Source: Candidatus Eiseniibacteriota bacterium
Lineage (GTDB): Bacteria > ARS69
Direction of reading: 5' to 3'
Length of the DNA: 23,658 bases
NCBI GenBank assembly: GCA_052390515.1
Contig: JBQTGV010000210.1
Coordinates: forward strand, 1 to 23,658
Below are positions 1 through 6,839 of this stretch, piece after piece. Position 1 is the stretch's first letter; every line of letters begins with the position of its first letter. The position numbers were made by a program, and so were the translations under genes. The notes beneath the pieces were generated by a model, which ran no database searches, was not told where the DNA came from, and was given only the letters and a program-made list of their open reading frames with translations.

Positions 1-1674
1 TACGTGACGGCGGTGGACGGATCGGGGAACGAGAGCGTGGCGAGCGCGGAGATCCAGGGATGGACGACTCAAGTGCAGGTTCCCGGATGGCCGCAGGCCA
101 CGGGCAGCTTCAACTACCCCGGGATCACCATGGCCGACGCGAACCACGACGACACGCAGGAGATCTACATCGGCTCCCACGACTTCGACTTCCACGGCTG
201 GAACTTCGATGCGGCGCCGCTGCCCGGCTTCCCGCTCAGCACGGCCTTCGAGATCTGGAGCACCGCGGGGGTGGCCGATCTGAACCACGACGGGAACGAC
301 GAGCTGCTGTTCGGCGGTCGCGATAGCAGGTTCTACGTCATCGAAAACGACGGATCCCCGTTCTTCGGCGCGACCCACTGGATCGTGGACCTTCCCGGCT
401 CCGGTGAGGAGATCCGCACCGCGGCGACGGTGGCGGACGTCGACAGCGACGGGCAGCTGGAGTTCCTCTTCGGATCGGATCTCGGCAACGTCTACGCCTT
501 CAACCATGACGGAACCGGGCTGACCGGTCCCACTGGGCTGCTCTACAGCGCCCTGCCTGCGGACCTCGGTTCCAGGATCTGGGGTACGGTCGCCGTCGCG
601 GACCTGGAGGGGGACGGTCCGCAGGACATCGTCTTCGCCTCGTGGAACAACAGCCTGTATGCCATCACCGCCGCGGGCGCGCTCAAGCCGGGGTTCCCTC
701 GGACGGAGCTCGACGACTTCCGCTCCGGCGCGGCCCTCGGCGACCTCGACGACGACGGCACGCTGGAGATCATCGCCGGGAACTTCGACGGCAACCTTTA
801 CGCGTACAACCACGACGGCTCGGATTACGTGTCCGGAGCTATTCTGGCCTCGATCGGGTTCCGCATCGGAGCGACGCCGAGCCTCGCCAACGTCGACGCG
901 GACCCGGAGCTGGAGATCTTCGTCGGGGGCCTGAACGGCAAGCTCTACGCGTACAACCACGACGGATCGAGCTTCCTGGCCGGACAGGGCGGACTGTTCG
1001 CGGACCTGCCGCTCGGCGCCGGTCCGAACGAGGGGATCTCCGCGTCGGCGATCATCGTGGACGTGGACGGCGACTCCGACTTCGAGATCTTCGTCGGCCA
1101 CCGCAACACGAACTTCTACGGGTTCCACCACGACGGTTCCACCGTCATCGGCCTTCCGATTCCGACCGGAGACTTCATCTTCTCGACGGCGGCCGCCGGC
1201 GATCTGGACGGCGACGGCTCCGTGGACGTCGCCTTTGCGTCCTACGACGCCAGCGTCAACGTGCTGGACTTCACCGGCCCGTCGACCCCCGCCGCCTACG
1301 AGTGGGCCACGTACGGCGGGAACAACGGGCGAACCGCAGCCTACGGCGATCCTGGCCCGCAAGCAGTCACCGCGCCGTCGAACGCGGCGACGACCTTCGA
1401 GCTGGCGCTGTTGCCCAACGCTCCGAACCCCTTCGCCGGTGCGACGACGATCCAGTACATGATGCCGTCGGCGCGCGCGGCGAAACTGCAGGTGTTCGAC
1501 ATTTCCGGCCGGCTGGTGCGCACCCTGGTCGACGGATCGGCCGCGGCAGGGGCGAACGTCGTCCGCTGGGACGGACGCGACGCCGGCGGCGAGATCCTGT
1601 CTTCCGGCGTGTACTTCTTCCGTCTGCACGACGGCGATCGGACGGTGACACGCAAGGCGGTGCTGCTCCGCTGA
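1..1674 (+). CDS. Secreted FG-GAP/VCBS-repeat (beta-propeller) protein with C-terminal FlgD-Ig / T9SS type A sorting-like domain; 5'-partial
   Basis: The frame is open from base 1 (YVTAVDGSGNES resembles the last strands of an FN3 domain). Repeated Ca-binding-type motifs: ADLNHDGNDE, ADVDSDGQLE, GDLDDDGTLE, VDVDGDSDFE, GDLDGDGSVD. The tail reads NAPNPF...TTIQY...LQVFDISGRLVRTLVDG...VRWDGRD...LSSGVYFFRL...TRKAVLLR. Confidence 0.85.
   Translation, partial: YVTAVDGSGNESVASAEIQGWTTQVQVPGWPQATGSFNYPGITMADANHDDTQEIYIGSHDFDFHGWNFDAAPLPGFPLSTAFEIWSTAGVADLNHDGNDELLFGGRDSRFYVIENDGSPFFGATHWIVDLPGSGEEIRTAATVADVDSDGQLEFLFGSDLGNVYAFNHDGTGLTGPTGLLYSALPADLGSRIWGTVAVADLEGDGPQDIVFASWNNSLYAITAAGALKPGFPRTELDDFRSGAALGDLDDDGTLEIIAGNFDGNLYAYNHDGSDYVSGAILASIGFRIGATPSLANVDADPELEIFVGGLNGKLYAYNHDGSSFLAGQGGLFADLPLGAGPNEGISASAIIVDVDGDSDFEIFVGHRNTNFYGFHHDGSTVIGLPIPTGDFIFSTAAAGDLDGDGSVDVAFASYDASVNVLDFTGPSTPAAYEWATYGGNNGRTAAYGDPGPQAVTAPSNAATTFELALLPNAPNPFAGATTIQYMMPSARAAKLQVFDISGRLVRTLVDGSAAAGANVVRWDGRDAGGEILSSGVYFFRLHDGDRTVTRKAVLLR
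799..965 (+). repeat. Intragenic 20-nt exact direct repeat TACGCGTACAACCACGACGG (799-818 and 946-965)
   Basis: Both copies encode YAYNHDG and lie 147 nt (49 codons) apart. Degenerate copies encode YAFNHDG and YGFHHDG. This reflects duplicated propeller blades. Confidence 0.8.
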
Positions 1675-1690
1675 GCGGCGAAGGTCTGCA

Positions 1691-1719
1691 TTGACAGGGC
1701 GGCCGGTGCAACGGATCTT
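1691..1719 (+). promoter_or_regulatory. Putative sigma70 promoter of pyk
   Basis: TTGACA at 1691-1696, a 17-nt spacer, then GATCTT at 1714-1719. The ATG at 1726 follows 6 nt later. Confidence 0.5.
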
Positions 1720-1725
1720 CGCCGC

Positions 1726-3147
1726 ATGCGCCGAACGAAAATCGTCGCGACGCTCGGACCGGCGTCGTCGGACGAGGATGTCCTCGTCGAGCTGATCCGC
1801 GCGGGCGTCGACGTCGTGCGCCTCAACTACTCGCACGGCAGCCACGCCTCCCAGGGCGAAACGCTTTCGCGCGTGCGCCGGGCGGCGGAGCGGGCCGGCC
1901 GCGAGATCGGGGTCCTTCAGGATCTCGCCGGCCCGAAGATCCGCACCGGGGACGTGGAGGGCGGCGGCAGCATCTCGCTGCGCGCGGGCGACGACCTCCT
2001 CCTCGTGCGCGAGCCCGGGCCGGTGACGCCGGGACGGCTCACGACGACGCTGCCGGCGCTGGCGGACGAGCTGCGCCCCGACCACGCGGTGCTGCTCAGC
2101 GACGGACGCATGGAGCTCCGCGTCACGTCGCGCACGGAAGAGGGCGTGAAGCTCCGAGTCGTCCGCGGCGGCGAGCTCACGGGCCGCGCCGGGATCAACC
2201 TTCCGATGACCCGCGTTCCGGTCAGCTCGCTGACCCCGAAGGACCTCGCCGACATGGAGCACGGCGTGCGCGCCGGGGCGGACATGACCGCGCTGTCCTT
2301 CGTGCGGCACCCCAACGACCTGGTGGAGACGCGGGACCAGGCGCGCGACCGGCGCCTGGACGTCTTCCTGATCGCCAAGATCGAGAAGCCGGAGGCGGTC
2401 GACAATCTCGACGCGATCCTGGACGTGGCCGACGGCGTGATGGTGGCCCGCGGCGATCTCGGCGTGGAGCTGCCCGCGGAGGACGTGCCGCTCCTGCAGA
2501 AGCGGATCATCCGCGCGGCAAACGAACGACGCATCCCGGTGATCACCGCGACGCAGATGCTCGAGTCCATGGTCGCGAGCCCGGTGGCGACGAGGGCCGA
2601 GGCGTCCGACGTGGCCAACGCGATCTTCGACGGGACCGACGCGGTGATGCTCTCCGGGGAGACCGCGGTCGGCCGCTATCCGCTGGAGGCGGTGAAGACG
2701 ATGGCCCGCATCGCCACGAAGGCCGACCAGCCGGAGCCGGTGAAGCACCGCCTGCGCTCGCCGGCGAGGGAGCTGCGGCCCCCCGAAGCGGTGGCGCGGG
2801 CCGCCAGCCGCGCGGCGGACGACGTGGGAGCCCGCGCGATCGTCGTGTACACGGAATCCGGGACGACGGCCCGCCTGCTGGCCTCCCATCGCCCCGGCGT
2901 GCCCATCCTCGCGCTGTCGCCGGATGCCCGCACCATACGCCGACTGCGCCTGTCCTGGGGCGTCTATCCGCGGGTCATGCCGCGCGTCGAGCGGCTGGCC
3001 GAGATGCTCGATCTCGGCGAACGGCTCTTGATCGAGGCCGAGCAGGTCCGGCCGGGCGATCGGGTCGTCGTCGTGTCCGGCACCAAGGCGGCGAATCGCG
3101 GCGGCACCAACATGCTGAAGATCCTGACCGTGGGAGAGATGGACTGA
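1726..3147 (+). CDS. pyk: Pyruvate kinase (473 aa)
   Basis: Signature motifs RRTKIVATLGPAS, RLNYSHG, DLAGPKIRTG, IAKIEKPEAV, DGVMVARGDLGVE, ATQMLESM, DVANAIFDGTDAVMLSGETA. Confidence 0.98.
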   Translation: MRRTKIVATLGPASSDEDVLVELIRAGVDVVRLNYSHGSHASQGETLSRVRRAAERAGREIGVLQDLAGPKIRTGDVEGGGSISLRAGDDLLLVREPGPVTPGRLTTTLPALADELRPDHAVLLSDGRMELRVTSRTEEGVKLRVVRGGELTGRAGINLPMTRVPVSSLTPKDLADMEHGVRAGADMTALSFVRHPNDLVETRDQARDRRLDVFLIAKIEKPEAVDNLDAILDVADGVMVARGDLGVELPAEDVPLLQKRIIRAANERRIPVITATQMLESMVASPVATRAEASDVANAIFDGTDAVMLSGETAVGRYPLEAVKTMARIATKADQPEPVKHRLRSPARELRPPEAVARAASRAADDVGARAIVVYTESGTTARLLASHRPGVPILALSPDARTIRRLRLSWGVYPRVMPRVERLAEMLDLGERLLIEAEQVRPGDRVVVVSGTKAANRGGTNMLKILTVGEMD

Positions 3148-3189
3148 CCGGCTCCGTGTAACAGAACGGTCAGAAAGCGGGGGCCTCGC

Positions 3190-3239
3190 TTCCGCGCCCT
3201 CCACCCCCATGCTAGACTTCGCGGGTCTATCAACGGGAG
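3190..3239 (+). promoter_or_regulatory. Putative extended -10 promoter and RBS for the selenoprotein gene
   Basis: TG-C-TAGACT at 3210-3218, with a weak -35 (TTCCGC 3190-3195, 17-nt spacer). GGGAG at 3235-3239 lies 6 nt before ATG 3246. Confidence 0.5.
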
Positions 3240-3245
3240 TCCTCG

Positions 3246-4628
3246 ATGCGAAAGACCCTGGGAACCGCCTTCGCCCTGGCCGGCGTGATGTTCGGGATCG
3301 GCAGCTCTCCCGACCCCGGCGTGGGGGACAAGCTCTTCCTCGTCTACTCGACCGACGAGCGGGGCGAGCTCCACCCCTGCGGCTGAAAGGCCAAGGACAA
3401 GGGTGGGCTGGCCCGGCGGGCCGGCGAGATCATAGAGCTGAGGAAGAGTCACCCGAGGCTTTTCACCTGTACGGCCGGAGACATCTTCGAGCTGAGGAAG
3501 TCGTCGTCCCAGCCGTCGGCGGAGACCAAGGTGAACGCGGACTACGTGAGCCGCGCGTTCCAGCTCCTGCAGTACGACGCCATCGGGCTGGGAGAGAAGG
3601 ACCTGTCCTATGGTCCCGACTACCTCAGGTCGCAGGCCGCCGCGCTGTCCTTGCCTTTCGTGTGTACGAACGCCATCGACAAGAAGAGCGGCAAGCCCCT
3701 GTTCGACCGGTGGATCGTCCGCGAACGGGAAGGTCTGCGCGTCGGATTCCTGGCGGTGATCTCGCCCGAGCGGCACCTCGTGGCGCAGGTGGAATCGGAC
3801 CTGCTCGAGCACGGGATCGAGATCACAGACCCCACCCAGGCTGTCCAGGAGGTTCTCCCCGAGATCCGCAAGCAGGCCGACGTCGTCGTGCTCCTCTCGC
3901 ACGCGGGGATCGAGACGTCCAAGTTCCTGGCCGAGGATCTCGACGTGGACGTGGTCGTCGTCGGTCACTTCCCCGCCGTCCAGAACGATCCGGAGAAGAT
4001 CGGCGGCGCCGTCTACGCCATGGCCGGCGGACAGACGGATCGGTACGGCACGCTCGAGCTGACGCTCTCCGCGGATCGCTCGGAGATCGTCGCGTTCGAC
4101 GGGGACGCGATCCGCGTACTGAAGGACGGCCCGACGCACGGCGAGCTCGCCGCGCTGGAGCTGGAGTGGGACCAGGCGGTAGCGGCGATCCGCCGGGAGA
4201 CGCAGCTCGCGGCGCAACGCGCCCGTGAGTCGGAGGTGCGTGAGAAGGTAGCTTCCGACGTCCATTCGCGCGGGGGCATCTTCGGGGCGGAGTCCTGCAA
4301 GACCTGTCATCAGGACACGTACGACTCGTGGATGGCCACGCCGCACGCCACCGCCTTCGCCCGCCTGGCGGAGGCCGACGCCTGGGACAATCCCGATTGC
4401 ATCGGCTGCCACGTGACCGGCGTCGCCGAGAAGCACTATGTCGCCGACGTGAACGTGAACCCGGAGATCTGGAATGTGCAGTGCGAGGAGTGCCACGGAA
4501 GTGGCCTGCAGCACGCGCGCGACGGCACCTACGTGACCCAGGGCGAAGCGACCTGCCGCAAGTGCCACGATCCGGAGAACAGCCCGGAATTCGACTTCGA
4601 GATCTACTCGAGCTACGGGGTCCATTGA
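3246..4628 (+). CDS. Predicted selenocysteine-containing secreted UshA/5'-nucleotidase-like domain + tetraheme cytochrome c (c554-like) fusion, 460 aa, Sec at codon 47 (TGA 3384-3386)
   Basis: ATG 3246 is in frame with track ORF 3531-4628. It reads MRKTLGTAFALAGVMFGIGSSPDPGVGDKLFLVYSTDERGELHPCG(TGA)KAKDKGGLARRAGEIIELRKSHPRLFTCTAGDIF..., and metallophosphoesterase-fold motifs run across the TGA. Four CxxCH motifs: CKTCH 4296-4310, CIGCH 4398-4412, CEECH 4482-4496, CRKCH 4554-4568. Confidence 0.85.
3407..3425 (+). promoter_or_regulatory. Candidate bacterial SECIS stem-loop
   Basis: GCUGGCCC-[GGC]-GGGCCGGC forms an 8-bp stem with one G-U pair. The apical loop starts with G at 3415, 28 nt after the UGA. 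Confidence 0.65.
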
Positions 4629-5590
4629 TCCGGCGGCTCGCGGCCACCGGAATCGTGCTGGTCCTCTCCGCTTCGCCCACGCCGTGCGGCGCGTGGGGCG
4701 GGCGCATGCACGAGATCATCAACCGCAAGGCCGCCGAGCTGTGTCCGGGTGACGCCCGCGCGGCGTGGAGCCCGCTCGCCGTGGCGCTCGGAGCGCACGC
4801 GTCCGACGCGGATCACCGCAAGTCGTCCGTTGCGGGGGAGAGCGTCCGCCACTTCCTCGACATCGACGCGTGGGACGATCCCCCCTTCGACGACGTACCC
4901 CGCTCCTTCGAGGCGCTCGCCCGCAAGCACGGTACGGAGGAAGCGAAGCGGTTCGGCGTCGTCCCCTGGGCGATCGACGAGTGCTACCGCATGCTGGTGC
5001 TATCGCTCCGGCGCGGCGACTGGTCCTCGGCGGGAGCCTGGGCCGCCGACCTGGGCCACTACGTGGCCGATTCGCACCAGCCGCTGCACTGTACGGTCAA
5101 CTACGACGGCCAGGTGACCGGCAACAAGGGGATCCACATCCGCTTCGAAGTCACCATGATGGACCGCTTCTTCCGCGAGGAGTCGATCCCACAACCGGAG
5201 GCGACGGAAGTGGAGGGCGGGCCGATCGAGTTCTGCTTCGATTGGATCGCCGCCACGCATCCCGACGTGACCGGGATCCTGGCGGCGGACGACGCGGCGA
5301 AGAGGGTCGATCCCGACTACGGTGATCTCTACTACGAGACGCTCTGGGAGGGTACGCGCGAGCTCGCCGTCCGGCACATGAGCCGCGCGGTGCAGGACCT
5401 CTCCGCTCTGTATGTGGCCGCCTGGGTCGAAGCAGGTGCACCGGCTCCGCCTCCCGAGGTCCCGGCGTTTCGCGCCCTATCTGTCTCGGAGCTAGAGCCG
5501 CCGCCGCCCGGGCCCTCCGTCGCGCCTCGCGGGGCGATAGCGGCTGCGCTGGCAGCTATCATCGCGGCCATGGCCTTCGGTAGCCGCTGA
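4625..5590 (+). CDS. Secreted zinc-dependent phospholipase C / S1-P1 nuclease family protein with a C-terminal hydrophobic anchor (about 321 aa)
   Basis: The TTG start overlaps the upstream TGA (TTGA 4625-4628). A signal peptide is followed by a mature WGGRMH start (Trp1/His6 pattern). Other motifs: HFLDID, DLGHYVADSHQPLH, GIHIRFE. It ends in a Pro-rich linker and GAIAAALAAIIAAMAFGSR. Confidence 0.8.
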   Translation: MIRRLAATGIVLVLSASPTPCGAWGGRMHEIINRKAAELCPGDARAAWSPLAVALGAHASDADHRKSSVAGESVRHFLDIDAWDDPPFDDVPRSFEALARKHGTEEAKRFGVVPWAIDECYRMLVLSLRRGDWSSAGAWAADLGHYVADSHQPLHCTVNYDGQVTGNKGIHIRFEVTMMDRFFREESIPQPEATEVEGGPIEFCFDWIAATHPDVTGILAADDAAKRVDPDYGDLYYETLWEGTRELAVRHMSRAVQDLSALYVAAWVEAGAPAPPPEVPAFRALSVSELEPPPPGPSVAPRGAIAAALAAIIAAMAFGSR

Positions 5591-5665
5591 GGCCCCTCAA
5601 GGCAATACGGAGCCCTGCCGACCCATGAACAGGGCGACTTCGATTCCCTCCGGAGGCATCGTCCC

Positions 5666-6031
5666 GTGGCCAAGCGGATCCTCGTGGTGGACGATCAGGA
5701 GAGCATGCGCCACATGCTGGCCGACCTCCTGGAGATGATGGGCCACGAGTCGCGGACCGTGGAGAGCGGGCTCGAGGCGCTCGAGCAGCTCGGCGACGAC
5801 GTCGACTTGGTCATCACCGACCTCAACATGCCCGAGATGGACGGCCTGGAGCTCATGAAGCGCATCAAGGCGCGCATCCCCGGTCTGCCCGTCATCGTGA
5901 TCACCGGCTACGGCACGTTCAACACCGAGCGCCAGGTCCTCTCCGACGGCGCCGACGGCTACATCCCCAAGCCATGCACGATCCACCGCGTCCAGGAGAC
6001 GGTGAACAGCGCGCTCGGCATCGAGCCCTGA
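5666..6031 (+). CDS. Single-domain response regulator (CheY-like receiver), 121 aa
   Basis: Motifs ILVVDD, VITDLNMPEMDG (phospho-Asp), VIVITG, GADGYIPKP. GGAGG RBS at 5652-5656. Confidence 0.93.
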   Translation: MAKRILVVDDQESMRHMLADLLEMMGHESRTVESGLEALEQLGDDVDLVITDLNMPEMDGLELMKRIKARIPGLPVIVITGYGTFNTERQVLSDGADGYIPKPCTIHRVQETVNSALGIEP

Positions 6032-6044
6032 TCGCGCGGCGGCG

Positions 6045-6053
6045 TGCTATCCT
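6045..6053 (+). promoter_or_regulatory. Putative extended -10 promoter of the methyltransferase-bsh operon
   Basis: TG-C-TATCCT in the short intergenic gap. AAGGGG RBS at 6081-6086 precedes GTG 6093. Confidence 0.45.
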
Positions 6054-6092
6054 CCCGCACCGCGTCACCCACGCGGGGCGAAGGGGTGGTCC

Positions 6093-6839
6093 GTGTCCTG
6101 GGTCGCCGACGCGTTCGGCAGCTGGTACGCCGAGGTCTACCCGCACCGCGACGCGGCGGAGGCGGACCGCGTGGTGCGGACCCTGGAGCGCTCGCGACGC
6201 CTCGCCGGCCTTCGCCTCCTGGATCTGGGGTGCGGCACGGGACGCCACCTGCCGCCGCTCGCCGCCGCCGGCGCGCGACCTACGGGGCTCGATCTCTCGG
6301 CCGCCCTGCTCGCCGAGGCGTCCCGGCTCCGCGCCGATACCGGGGGCCGCTGGCCGCTCCTGCGCGCCGACTTCCGGCACCTGCCCTTCCGGGACCGCTC
6401 GTTCGAGGGCCTGACCTCGTTCTTCACGAGCTTCGGATACTTCGGGGACGAGGAGGACCGCCGGGGGCTGCGCGAAGCGGCGCGCCTGCTCGTGCCGGGA
6501 GGGTTCCACCTGCTGGACTTCCTGAACCCCGACACGGTGCCGGCGCATCCCACGCCCGAGACGGAACGGGTCCAGGGCGAATGGCGCATCCGCGAACACC
6601 GTCGCGTCGAGTCCGGGCGCAGGGTCGTGAAGCGGATCACGATCCTGCCGCGTTCGGGAGGAAGCCCGGTGGCGGACTACGAGGAGCGGGTGACGCTCTA
6701 CGGTGCGGCGGAGATCCGGGCGTTGCTCGCCGAAGCGCGGCTGCGCGTGGTGGAGGAGTGGGGCGACTACGACGGCTCGCCGTTCGACGCCGCCCGCAGC
6801 GCGCGGCACGTCTTCCTCTCGACGCGGGAGACCGAATGA
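6093..6839 (+). CDS. Class I SAM-dependent methyltransferase (candidate bacillithiol N-methyltransferase, NmbA-like)
   Basis: Motif I LLDLGCGTGRH, plus ADFRHLPF, FTSFGYF and LVPGG. The stop overlaps the bshC start (ATGA). The specific function is inferred from gene context only. Confidence 0.85.
   Translation: MSWVADAFGSWYAEVYPHRDAAEADRVVRTLERSRRLAGLRLLDLGCGTGRHLPPLAAAGARPTGLDLSAALLAEASRLRADTGGRWPLLRADFRHLPFRDRSFEGLTSFFTSFGYFGDEEDRRGLREAARLLVPGGFHLLDFLNPDTVPAHPTPETERVQGEWRIREHRRVESGRRVVKRITILPRSGGSPVADYEERVTLYGAAEIRALLAEARLRVVEEWGDYDGSPFDAARSARHVFLSTRETE

Noticed and set aside
799-965. The 20-nt direct repeat as a CRISPR or mobile-element signature
   Set aside because: There are only two exact copies, both in frame within a repeat protein, with no spacer array or cas genes.
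3384-3386. Genome-wide TGA reassignment to Trp or Gly (codes 4/25) as the explanation for the in-frame TGA
   Set aside because: Most genes in the window end in TGA at their expected C-termini, many in ATGA/GTGA overlaps, so TGA is a normal stop here.
3246-3386. A separate 46-aa peptide plus a gene starting at GTG 3531, or a pseudogene
   Set aside because: Disfavoured but not excluded. The domain motifs span the TGA, the downstream part would lack an export signal, the stop sits exactly in a C-x-(C/U) position, and no other lesions are visible.
3209-4228. 339-aa + strand ORF overlapping the cytochrome gene
   Set aside because: It is an Arg/Gly-rich alternate-frame translation with no motifs, typical of GC-rich shadow ORFs.
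2964-4625. 553-aa minus-strand ORF, and other long antisense ORFs such as 7037-8419 (-) and 20593-21924 (+)
   Set aside because: These are antisense shadows of well-supported genes, caused by stop-codon scarcity at high GC.
6044-6835. Apparent N-terminal extensions or fusions in track ORFs (805-aa BshC, 543-aa BshA, 823-aa GT2, 669-aa methyltransferase, 624-aa PdxH, 691-aa HemN, 793-aa HemE, 420-aa nuclease)
   Set aside because: The extensions overlap real upstream genes in another frame and are low-complexity. The true starts coincide with stop/start overlaps.
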